Source: an uncultured Acidimicrobiaceae bacterium (GTDB taxonomy: Bacteria > Actinomycetota > Acidimicrobiia > Acidimicrobiales > Bog-793). From it: 64,000 nucleotides of DNA. The stretch lies in assembly GCA_963725355.1 (NCBI GenBank), contig CAVRYE010000012.1, positions 457,528 through 521,527 on the forward strand, written 5' to 3'. A program made the position numbers and the translations under genes. Under the pieces are notes generated by a model, which saw nothing but the letters and a program-made list of their open reading frames with translations, did no database searches and was not told the origin of the DNA. Below are positions 52,414-61,090 of the stretch, piece after piece. The first letter of the stretch is position 1. Each line of letters begins with the position of its first letter.

Positions 52414-53173
52414 ATGGTACACGTGGCGACCCTCGAACTCCTAGCAAACCTGGCTGAGGACCAGTGGGGCCTTGTCACGCGCCAGCAAGCGGAGGGTGCT
52501 GGTCTGGCGTGGACGACCCTCTCGCGTCAGGCATCCCATGGGTCGGCGCTCGAACGAGTAGCACACGGCGTCTACCGCATTCGGGGATCACCCCCTCCAG
52601 ACCACCTGCAACTTCGAGCAGCCTGGATGCAACTCGCACCCGACACGCCGGTATGGGAACGAACACCCAACCAAGGCGTGGTGTCACACCGGTCCGCCGC
52701 TGCTGTCTACGGACTAGGGGACCTTACCGCCGACCGCAACGAGTTCACCCTTCCCACTCGACGTCAGTCCCGTCGATCGGATGTGCGCTTCCATCGAGGG
52801 CACCTAGGTCGCGGAGAATGGGTCAACCTCGGTGGACTCCTGGTCACCCGTCCGGCGCGGATCGCCGCGGACCTACTCGCCGACGGCGAAGAGCCCGATG
52901 CAGTCGCGCCAATCGTCGTACAAGCCCTGAGACAGATAAATGACTACCCCGGCACGGTGGCCGATGCCATCGCGCCGCTTGCCGCAAGGTTCGGACTGCG
53001 AAGACACGACGGTCTCGGTCTGTTTCGGTGGCTCCTTGACCTGGCCCCTGATCCCGACGCGCTCGGAATGGATTACTGAGGCACGCGCCCATATGGACCG
53101 AGCCCGATCCGCGAAAGACGGCGACAAGTTTGCTGAGGAAGCGGGATCGCCATCTGGCGGGCGAGCACAATGA
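52414..53173 (+). CDS. Type IV TA antitoxin AbiEi family (probable frameshift near 53055)
   Basis: LAEDQWGLVTRQQA...LERVAHGVYR wHTH, VVSHRSAA, VTRPARI; the alternative frame (EWITEARAH...) ends in an ATGA overlap with the toxin. Confidence 0.85.
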
Positions 53174-54066
53174 CAGACGAGAAGGCATACGAGACTCCGC
53201 AGGCGCTGCGGCAGGCGGTAACCGCCCGACTGAGAGCGGTCGCCACTCCGCACGGGCGATGGACACTTGCTGAACTTCAGCGCCAGTTCGCCTACGACAG
53301 GCTGCTCGCCCGTTTGTACGTGATCGACAACAGTTGGATCCTCAAAGGAGCCGTCGCGCTGCTAGCGCGGCAAGTCTCGGTTCGTCACTCGGCCGACATC
53401 GACCTCTATCGGAATGCGGAGCGCACGATGGTCGAGCGTGAGTTACGGGCGGGAGCCGAGCTTGACCTTGGAGACTGGTTTCGCTTCGACATAGCCGCCG
53501 GAGAAAACCTGTCAGGTGGCACGGGCGGGACGCGGTACCCGGTGACAGCGTGGATCGGCGCCACTCAGTGGGCGACATTCCACATTGACCTCGTTGGGAC
53601 CGGCGTGCATATGACCGGTGTACCAGACCATGTGCCACCGGTAGCGGAGATTTCGGTGCCAGGAATCGAGCAGCCCGGGTATCGCGCTTACCCACTGGTC
53701 GACCACGTCGCTGACAAGGTCGCGGCCATACTTGAATTCCATCGCGACGGACGGCCATCCACTCGTTTTAGAGATCTCATTGATCTTGTGGCTCTCGTTG
53801 TGGCAATTCGAGTCGGAGCGGCAGAACAGCGCGTCGCGCTCACTTCGGAGATTGAACGCCGCGCTCTCACGTTCCCCGAACAGTTCGGAGTACCGGACCG
53901 TGAGCTATGGGAGGGCGGTTTCGCCCGAGCTGCACGACGCGCCGCCGAGCTGCCAGCGAAAACCCTTGACGACGCACTCGCCATCGTCCGTCCATTTGTG
54001 GATCCGGTGCTGGACGGCACGGCAATCGGCACCTGGGATCCCGAGCTGGGTGCGTGGGTACCTTGA
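53170..54066 (+). CDS. Type IV TA toxin, AbiEii/AbiGii nucleotidyltransferase
   Basis: RQFAYDRLLARL, WILKG, RHSADID, ADKVAA, STRFRDLIDL. Confidence 0.9.
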   Translation: MTDEKAYETPQALRQAVTARLRAVATPHGRWTLAELQRQFAYDRLLARLYVIDNSWILKGAVALLARQVSVRHSADIDLYRNAERTMVERELRAGAELDLGDWFRFDIAAGENLSGGTGGTRYPVTAWIGATQWATFHIDLVGTGVHMTGVPDHVPPVAEISVPGIEQPGYRAYPLVDHVADKVAAILEFHRDGRPSTRFRDLIDLVALVVAIRVGAAEQRVALTSEIERRALTFPEQFGVPDRELWEGGFARAARRAAELPAKTLDDALAIVRPFVDPVLDGTAIGTWDPELGAWVP

Positions 54067-54165
54067 TCGCGACAGCCCGTGACTGTAGTGCTTTCTTGCA
54101 ACGGACACCGATTCTCGTGATAGAAGAGAAGCATCCGCCCGTGTTGGGAGGATGCATGTGTACGC

Positions 54166-55044
54166 ATGCAAGACCTAGCAAACTACGTAGACGTGCGGCC
54201 AGACGACTTCTTCAGCGACGATGAGATTCCGGGTCCCTTCGGCAACGTCGGCCGCCACCTACGTATGGACCTCCTTACTCAGGTGCGCCAGAGGCCCATC
54301 GAAGGGATCGACGACATCGAGATTGCGGTGCCGTTGGCCGCGCTCATCGATGACGAACTGGAGAAGTACGGCACAGACGGCAGTCAGGTGATGTCCGAGG
54401 CGGAGGTGCGCGTCGCTCTCCTCGCGCTGAAGGCGGTCGACGATCGACTTGCCATCACTGACGTTGACGTCCCCTTTCGCGATTTCGGGTCTTTTAGAAC
54501 ATGGTGGACGCGCCACGATGCATACGGCAGTTGGCAGGCGCGCCGCAACCTTCTGCGTGACATCTTCGATCCCCTGCACGACCAGCTAGCCCTCTTGGAG
54601 CAACGGTCTCTCGCTTCGACACTTGTTGATCCTGTCAGCCCTCACAGGCGCACCGGATGGTCGGCCGTCGACACGGAGATCAGCGAAATGCGCCGCCATT
54701 TCCAGGCCGCGCGTACGGCGCAGGACTACCGCAACGTGGGCCTTGATTGCGTCTCGGTCACGGAAACGCTCAGCGCCCAGGCGTACGATGTCGATCGCAA
54801 TCTGCGCGATGGTGAGACCGAGCCTCCGGTTGCCAATACGAAGCAGCGACTAGATCGGTTCGTCGAGGATGCGGCGGCCGGTCCCGACAACGCGGCACTC
54901 CGCAAACTCGCGCGAGCGACGATTGAGTTCGCCCAGCATGTGAAGCACAGCGGAACGCCGACCCGGCGGGAAGCCGGTATCGCTGCAGACAGCGTCATCC
55001 AGCTCGCCAATATTCTTCGTCGTCTCGACGACACCGATCCGTGA
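54166..55044 (+). CDS. Hypothetical defence-island protein with HEPN/Abi-like helical C-terminal domain
   Basis: Helical protein; TGWSAVD...EI, AQHVKH followed by EA...AD resembles HEPN/Abi-C domains; context between AbiE and the Ubl operon. Confidence 0.45.
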   Translation: MQDLANYVDVRPDDFFSDDEIPGPFGNVGRHLRMDLLTQVRQRPIEGIDDIEIAVPLAALIDDELEKYGTDGSQVMSEAEVRVALLALKAVDDRLAITDVDVPFRDFGSFRTWWTRHDAYGSWQARRNLLRDIFDPLHDQLALLEQRSLASTLVDPVSPHRRTGWSAVDTEISEMRRHFQAARTAQDYRNVGLDCVSVTETLSAQAYDVDRNLRDGETEPPVANTKQRLDRFVEDAAAGPDNAALRKLARATIEFAQHVKHSGTPTRREAGIAADSVIQLANILRRLDDTDP

Positions 55045-55254
55045 GGGGACGTGCCCCGTCGTGTATGCGACGCCTGTGTCGTTAGCGAGGTGGCAGTCTC
55101 TACTTGGCTTGTCTCGACAGGTTCACTACCTCCGCGGCCGTCCACATTGTCGGACGTTTGCGAATCCCTGCGATGAGAGTCTCCCAATCTGACACGGCAC
55201 GCAGCCCCATCGTCCTTGATGGTTTCCGCGAGGGCGACGAGTGCCAGCTCCATC

Positions 55255-56319
55255 TCATCTGCAGTTGGGGCAAAGACCGTCCACGAGCAGGTGGACGAGG
55301 ACGCTCTGAAAGCACACATGGCAAGTTGCCCGCGGCATTCGCTCGCGCTCGTCACAGTCGCACTCGTCGCAGCCAGGGCATGGGATCCGATGGCAGCTGT
55401 TGCACGGAAAGCCATGGGCGACCCCGGCCCAGCCGCACCTGCACGTTTGATACCGCGAGGGGGCCCTTCGCCGTTCTGGCTCAGGGAGATGGAGTCGGAC
55501 GGCGCCCCAGAGATCGTTCTCTGCGAAAGCAGCGTAGATCCAACCCCCGATCTGTGTCGCGTGCTCGTAGTACCGCCGCCTATCCGAATCGGTCCGCCGC
55601 GGCCACCAGCTCTCGAGAACTTGTGTTGCTCCAGGCTCGAGTGTGCGAAGCGGGTGAGACATGGGCAGCTGATCGCCTGACCACGGTGCCGGGCTCGCGC
55701 GCCCGGCACGCGAAACGAAGGTCACACGTCCCGTTCCGGCCTTGGCGAGCATCACGAAGCCCTCACAGCCGAGCCGCTCGGCGATCGCGATGGCGCAGAC
55801 CTCTCGAGACGCCTCGGAGGAGTCATAGAGGCGCACGACGGCTGTCCCTGATGCGCGTTCTCTTCCTAGGACGGCATCGACCCGCTCCCGCGGCAGTAGG
55901 AGTCTTCGGGCGACGAGGTCGCACGTGTCTTCTACTAGTCGGCGGGAGTCGGGCTGGTCCGCGAGCCAGTCCCATATGTCATCCTCGGGGTCGAACGAGT
56001 CGACTAGAAAGTGCCCGACCTCGTGAGCAATGGTGAAGTTCTCACGCTTCGAGAAGGGCGTTAGTGCGTAGTGGATGACGCCGTCCTCAATGATTGAGAC
56101 CCCGTCGCACGAACCCTTATCTCCTCTGCTGCGCTCAAGCGCGGCGCTCGGCACGATGCGCAATCCGAGCTGCCTCGTGACCGTCCCCTTTGGGTCGTCA
56201 GCGAAGCGCGCTCGCACATCAACCGTGACTGTCGCGGCAAGTCGGTCCGCCCACTCTCGAGACGAGTGCCTAAGGTTCGGATCGGACCTAACGATCCGGC
56301 GTTCGTGCGATGCACTCAC
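55255..56319 (-). CDS. ImmA/IrrE family metallo-endopeptidase with C-terminal Cys-rich zinc ribbons
   Basis: RENFTIAHEVGH (HExxH), E..CD.VA.RLLLP, ASRE HTH-like segment; 12 Cys in the tail; GTG start overlaps the upstream TGA. Confidence 0.85.
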   Translation of the reverse strand: MSASHERRIVRSDPNLRHSSREWADRLAATVTVDVRARFADDPKGTVTRQLGLRIVPSAALERSRGDKGSCDGVSIIEDGVIHYALTPFSKRENFTIAHEVGHFLVDSFDPEDDIWDWLADQPDSRRLVEDTCDLVARRLLLPRERVDAVLGRERASGTAVVRLYDSSEASREVCAIAIAERLGCEGFVMLAKAGTGRVTFVSRAGRASPAPWSGDQLPMSHPLRTLEPGATQVLESWWPRRTDSDRRRYYEHATQIGGWIYAAFAENDLWGAVRLHLPEPERRRAPSRYQTCRCGWAGVAHGFPCNSCHRIPCPGCDECDCDERERMPRATCHVCFQSVLVHLLVDGLCPNCR

Positions 56320-56999
56320 GACAAACCCTCGAGGACAGCACGCAAGACAGCCATCCATCGGTTCTGATCCGCCTCGCCGGAACTACGCAACTGCACGACC
56401 AACATCCGCGTCCTGACTGCCGCGACGGCCTCCGGGATGTTCCTTCCACGAGTCCTGGCCCAGTGAGAGACCTCCGCTTCGAACTCCGGGGAATTGAGCC
56501 ATGCGACGAAGTCGCCCGCATCGGCGTGTGGGGCGACGCACAGTTCCGAGACGGACGTACCGAGGACGTCGGAGAGTCCGACTGCGAACCCGAGTTCCAC
56601 CTCTGCAGCAGACAGCATCTCGGTCTGAGCCAGCCATTTCGGAGTCGTCTCGAGATCTCTCATTTGGAGCGCCCGGACGAGATCGCTCACCCTCATGCCT
56701 CGCCGCTTCCGCGCCTGACGCAATCGGCCGCCGTCGAGCTGAACCGTCACGCGCGTCCCGCCAAACTCCCGGGGCGCAACGAAGCCGAGGGCGACGGCGA
56801 CGGGATCCTCACCAAGCGGCGGCAGATCCGCTCCGACCCTCCACGAGGCGTCTAGCAGCCCGAAGAGCGCTGATACCTCCTCTCGCATCTCCGGCTCGAC
56901 CTCGTTGAGAACAGGACGAGGTGCCCGTCCGTCGAGGAAGGCTGTGTATGCCTCGATCAGCGCCGAGATCTTTCGCTCGTAGCCTTGATCAGTGCTCAT
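56316..56999 (-). CDS. XRE-like HTH protein with N-terminal anti-sigma-like helical region
   Basis: RLRQARKRRGMRVSDLVRAL...WLAQTE HTH; GGAGGAG RBS; directly downstream of the sigma factor. Confidence 0.6.
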   Translation of the reverse strand: MSTDQGYERKISALIEAYTAFLDGRAPRPVLNEVEPEMREEVSALFGLLDASWRVGADLPPLGEDPVAVALGFVAPREFGGTRVTVQLDGGRLRQARKRRGMRVSDLVRALQMRDLETTPKWLAQTEMLSAAEVELGFAVGLSDVLGTSVSELCVAPHADAGDFVAWLNSPEFEAEVSHWARTRGRNIPEAVAAVRTRMLVVQLRSSGEADQNRWMAVLRAVLEGLS

Positions 57000-57030
57000 C
57001 ACTTCTCCTCCTCCAAGATTCTTCCGCGCT

Positions 57031-57630
57031 TCATCGGTGTAGCGGGCCGACGGTCCTCGCCAGTTTCCTGATCCCGGAGTCGCGCAGTTGACGGACTCGT
57101 GCATCGGTAACGCCGAGATCGCGAGCAACGTCCGCCTGCGTCCTCCCTCGTATGACGTGCTCGCTGATTACGAGCCTCTCTGACTCGTTCAGCTTTTCGA
57201 GTCCGGCCACAGCCTTCTCGTAGAGAAGTTCCAGCTCGACTGCTTCTTCTTCCGCTCCGTCATCGTCGGCGAGTTCGTATGGACTCCCTTCCGGTGGAAG
57301 TGGGTTTACCCGCGACTTCGGTCCGTTGCAGGCGTCGTAGGCGCGCCGCCAAGCGACCTTGACCATCCAGCTACGCAGGCCATCGAGGCTCCTCATTTCT
57401 CTTGGCAAGCCGGAGGTGATCATCTCCAGCATCGCCTGTTGCACGATGTCGGCGACTTGGACGCCGGCAACCGCTGAGTTTTCGCCACGGATGAACCGCG
57501 CCGCGGTGCGGGACATGGGACCGCGGTTCAGCTCGTAGATGGCCTTCCAGTCCGGCGCTCCGGCCTGGATGCTGTCTAAGAGCTGCTTGCCACCCTGGTT
57601 GTAATCCGTGGGTACATCCTTGTCGCCCAT
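57031..57630 (-). CDS. ECF-like sigma-70 family RNA polymerase sigma factor
   Basis: Region 2 (DIVQQAM...LRSWMVKVAWRRAYD) and region 4 (LNESERLVI...RTQADVARDLGVTDARVRQL); GGAGG RBS inside the E1 3' end. Confidence 0.85.
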   Translation of the reverse strand: MGDKDVPTDYNQGGKQLLDSIQAGAPDWKAIYELNRGPMSRTAARFIRGENSAVAGVQVADIVQQAMLEMITSGLPREMRSLDGLRSWMVKVAWRRAYDACNGPKSRVNPLPPEGSPYELADDDGAEEEAVELELLYEKAVAGLEKLNESERLVISEHVIRGRTQADVARDLGVTDARVRQLRDSGIRKLARTVGPLHR

Positions 57631-59075
57631 CGTCGCCTCCACGGTGACCAGCAGACGCAGTGTCCGGAGCCGTCGCGGGCACGGCGCCTAACGGCGCCGA
57701 GGGGAACGCCCGACATGTCGAGGTCGACTCGGCGGTCCACGAGTTCGAGCCCGCGCGCTGCCTTCGCCAGCTCTGAAGCCACGAGCACGCCGGCCATCCA
57801 CGAAACGTACGGGGCGGAGACAGTGGTGGGTGCCGTTCCGTCGACGGGCACAGTCGCTTCGGCGTAGACGCGGTTCCTGAGGTCGTCGAGACGCCGACCT
57901 ACGAGGCTCAGGGCACGCGCCGCATGGACCTTGCCTTGCGCCGCGACTGCTGCCAGGTCGTCGGCGTCCAGCACGGCCCCCTCGAGTTCGAGTTCGGCGA
58001 CGCGAACCACTGGCAGACCGACCATGTTTGCAAGGGCCTGCAGTCGCGTCATCGGCGGAGCCAGGCTGACGAAGTCGCAGTATGGGCAAGCCCACTCGTC
58101 GAGCGGGTGCTCCCGCTGGATGTGAAGCGCGAGACCGTCGATCCCGACCGAAAGCGTCGTTCGGGCAAGCACGTCGGCCACATCGAGCCGGCTGTCGACG
58201 CGGTCGACCGACGACACGACGATCCCGTCGAACCCGGGATCCGGTTGGTTGCGAACCCAATCGGCAACCGCACCCACGTGGCCCTTGGCCTGCCATCCGT
58301 GGTGCCGGAGAAGGTCCGCGAGCCAGTCCGCCTTTGGGCCGGATTCGCGGCCGGTCGACGCGGCATAGCGGTAGGGGTTACGTGAGGGGTCGTAGGAGTC
58401 GGGGTCGACGATCCACGCGAAGCCGCATGTGGCCGGATCACAAACGACGAGTCCGGCACTGCTCGAGCCCACCGACCCCGCACCGAGGAGCGCGACGGTT
58501 AGACCGCGCACATCCATCCCAGCTAGATCGGGTGCGGGTGCAAGGCAGTAGTCGATGAGGTTCCAGACGAGGGTGCCGCCAGTCCGAACGTGCATCATGG
58601 CGAGCTTGCCCAGGGCGATCTTCATGACCTCGCTCGCAACGAGCGCGGCTGCGGCGTGGACCCCGAGGCCGTGTTCCGCGACATCGAGGGGCTGGGGTGA
58701 GTCTCCCTGGCGTGCGGTCCAGTCGTTCCCGCCGATCCAAATGTCGGCGCCGGAGACGCTTAGACCGGCTCCGATCACAAGATCCTGCCCGGCTGGCACG
58801 GCGGGTTCCACACGGCTCGGCGCAATGCGGCTGGGCAGCTCAAGGAGGCTCTCCGCTCCCCAGGGGTTCGGCCCCATCGGCGCGTCCCCGTCGATCACGG
58901 CGTGCGGGTGGACGCGGACGAGGAGCGAGTAGAGGCCCCCAATCGCCGTCGCGGCCGCTGGGTGCAGACCCGACCCGACTCGGATAACAGGACGGAGACG
59001 GTCGAGCGCCTCAAGCACTGGAGCACCCTCCGCGTTCAGGACCCCGGGGCTGAGGGCGAGGCGTGGATCGTTCAC
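57576..59075 (-). CDS. E1-like (ThiF) ubiquitin-like activating enzyme, BilD-like architecture
   Basis: N-terminal inactive adenylation-like half, GAGSVG, DPD...NPYRY, VD...R, zinc CPYC and CVC, helical insert after CxxC. Confidence 0.85.
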   Translation of the reverse strand: MNDPRLALSPGVLNAEGAPVLEALDRLRPVIRVGSGLHPAAATAIGGLYSLLVRVHPHAVIDGDAPMGPNPWGAESLLELPSRIAPSRVEPAVPAGQDLVIGAGLSVSGADIWIGGNDWTARQGDSPQPLDVAEHGLGVHAAAALVASEVMKIALGKLAMMHVRTGGTLVWNLIDYCLAPAPDLAGMDVRGLTVALLGAGSVGSSSAGLVVCDPATCGFAWIVDPDSYDPSRNPYRYAASTGRESGPKADWLADLLRHHGWQAKGHVGAVADWVRNQPDPGFDGIVVSSVDRVDSRLDVADVLARTTLSVGIDGLALHIQREHPLDEWACPYCDFVSLAPPMTRLQALANMVGLPVVRVAELELEGAVLDADDLAAVAAQGKVHAARALSLVGRRLDDLRNRVYAEATVPVDGTAPTTVSAPYVSWMAGVLVASELAKAARGLELVDRRVDLDMSGVPLGAVRRRARDGSGHCVCWSPWRRRWATRMYPRITTRVASSS

Positions 59076-59527
59076 TGGACCCTTACCCGCCCCTCGCGGT
59101 TGGGTCCCGTCTCAAGGAAGGACCAGGCACCCGACCGCAGCACGTAGACGGCGCACAGGTCGAGGCCGTGACGAAGGCCGAGACCAAAGAACGGCGCCAC
59201 GATCGAAAGCGCGCCTTCGTAAGTAAGCGCCGGATTGGCGTCGTCGATCTCGCTGTGGAACGGCTCCATCGGGTGACTGTGGATCCGGGCCACGTAGCGT
59301 TCGTCGGGGGCTAGTGCGGCCGCGAGTTGCAGTTTCCCGGCCCGACTGACCTCGACCCGGCAGTGAGGCGCGGCAGCGGCAGTCTGATCCGGCACGATGA
59401 CGCGCCGAGCGATGCCATCGGGTCCTGCGGTGATCATCGCGGTTCCCTCGAAGCCGTGCGAGCCACGGTCCTCGAAGAAGCGGCGAGCTTCGTCGAGGAT
59501 GGAGTTCGGGATGGAGATCGGGCTCAT
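59072..59527 (-). CDS. JAB/JAMM metallo-isopeptidase (BilC-like)
   Basis: N-terminal EG, HSHPMEPFHSEID (HxH-x5-S-x2-D) JAMM motif, LSIVAP. Confidence 0.9.
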   Translation of the reverse strand: MSPISIPNSILDEARRFFEDRGSHGFEGTAMITAGPDGIARRVIVPDQTAAAAPHCRVEVSRAGKLQLAAALAPDERYVARIHSHPMEPFHSEIDDANPALTYEGALSIVAPFFGLGLRHGLDLCAVYVLRSGAWSFLETGPNREGRVRVQ

Positions 59528-59940
59528 CGTCCTGCTTTTTTCAATAGGTGGTCAAGGAGCTGGGGAAGTCGGAGCCGTGTCCTATAGATGTCCCAGCGAT
59601 CGTCGAGATGCGACGGGTGGCAGTGGTACTCGAAGGTGCCACGAATGCAGACGAAGCCCCGGCCGAGTATCGGATGGATGGAGTGGAATAGGCTCCCAGG
59701 CCATAGCGGCTGGGGCGCGATACCGCCGTCGAGCATTACCACTGCCACTCGAAAGGGCTCGGCGTCGAACTTGCGACCGCCCAAGCGGATGATTGCGTCG
59801 GCACCGAGGTTTCCTTCGATGCGGCAGATGATGTCAGTGCCGACGATGTCGAGGCCTCGGATGCGGTGTTCGTACCTTGCTCTGGCAACACGGACCTCGG
59901 CCTCGAGAAGCTCTTCGAGGAGGGTCGGGTGCAGCGTCAC
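59524..59940 (-). CDS. E2-like conjugating enzyme (BilB / CEHH-type)
   Basis: FDAEP, HP, FVCIRGTFEYHCHPSH..D.W with conserved C-E-H-H. Confidence 0.8.
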   Translation of the reverse strand: MTLHPTLLEELLEAEVRVARARYEHRIRGLDIVGTDIICRIEGNLGADAIIRLGGRKFDAEPFRVAVVMLDGGIAPQPLWPGSLFHSIHPILGRGFVCIRGTFEYHCHPSHLDDRWDIYRTRLRLPQLLDHLLKKAGR

Positions 59941-60242
59941 CCGTCCACCTGGGGAGCTTCGGGGATGAGGTGGAGAAAATCGCCGTTGACGATCCGGTAG
60001 TCGTCGAGTCGGCTCGTGTCCGTGAGGTCCTCCGCCCGGCCTTCGCGAACCAATGCCAGGCCGTAGTCGCCTGGCGCGAGCTCGCTGCGCTCGACGAAGT
60101 AGCGGATCGACTGAAAGACAGCCTGGGTGACGAGTTCATCGAGCTTGAAGGTGAACGAGTGGCTCGCGCCGGCAGGGGTGCGGACTGTAACCGCGACTTC
60201 GGTTTGGTGGTCTTCCGGCTTCTCGATCAGGGGGTTTGACAT
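59937..60242 (-). CDS. Ubiquitin-like beta-grasp protein (BilA-like)
   Basis: VTVRTPAG...LTDTSRLDDYRIVNGDFLHL ubiquitin-like pattern; C-terminus QVDG; GAGGAG RBS; first gene of the E2-JAB-E1 operon. Confidence 0.82.
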   Translation of the reverse strand: MSNPLIEKPEDHQTEVAVTVRTPAGASHSFTFKLDELVTQAVFQSIRYFVERSELAPGDYGLALVREGRAEDLTDTSRLDDYRIVNGDFLHLIPEAPQVDG

Positions 60243-60569
60243 AGGACTGCTCCTCTCGGGGACCGCCCGATGGCCGAATGGCGTTCCTAATTGAGCAGTC
60301 GTGCCACAAACGCCAAACCGAAGGGGTTCTCCGATCTGCCCAGATTGGCACCGTCATCGAAGTCGAAAGGCACTATCCACCTCGAAAGTGCCGGCAGCAC
60401 TTACTCGGCGACCTCCAAGAGAACGCGGGGACGTCGCCGGAGAATTGCGCAGGCCGGGACGAGTGGCACGAGTGGTTCAGATAGGTCAAAACGGCTCGCC
60501 CGCACGATCCTGCGTCGGGCACTGGGACAAGCTGAGCGCAGGGGCTACGTCGCTCAACAACGTCATGGC

Positions 60570-60960
60570 GCTCACGGATGCCGCTGCGGTCAAGGTGGAC
60601 GACCGGCCGGTACTGAAGCAGCTGTTCGACAACTTGCACGACGACCGGCTATTGCCGTTATACGCGGTCGCGGTCCACACCGGTTTACGTCAGGGGGAGT
60701 TACTCGCGCTCAGGTGGTCCGATGTCGACCTCGCGGCCGGCACTGCAACGGTCACCGGCACATTCGATCTCAAGATCAGGCAACGCACCGATCCGAAGAC
60801 CGACAAGTCCCGCCGCAACGTGCCACTTGCCCGCGGGCCTTGGAGGCTCTCCAGGTTCACCGGGTCCGCCAGAACCTCGAAGGGACACAGGGCAACGAAG
60901 ATCTGGTCTTCACGAGTGCGCGGGCACGGCATTGTACGACTCGAACATCCGCAAGCACTG
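60570..60960 (+). pseudogene. Tyrosine integrase fragment
   Basis: LYAVAVHTGLRQGELLALRWSDVDL, PKTDKSRRNVPL, DLVFTS in a shifted frame; no HxLRH/Y C-terminus; boundaries approximate. Confidence 0.75.
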
Positions 60961-61052
60961 GCACAGGTGAGCGCCAACCTCGGACTGTCCTCGATGCACC
61001 TTTTGTTGGGGTGCGTCCTAGACTTTGTCGCGTTGCTTTAAATAAGAGGACG

Positions 61053-61076
61053 ACACAACAAAGTAATTTATTGTGT
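61053..61076. promoter_or_regulatory. AT-rich inverted repeat upstream of fic (possible autoregulatory operator)
   Basis: ACACAACAAA-GTAA-TTTATTGTGT, 9/10 arm match, 14 nt before the ATG. Confidence 0.5.
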
Positions 61077-61090
61077 TACGGTTATATTTT

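Noticed and set aside
55042-55052. TGAGGGGACGT identical to the fic/IS256 left junction
   Set aside because: Only 11 bp; lacks the GGTGTAAAT core of the IS end, so probably chance
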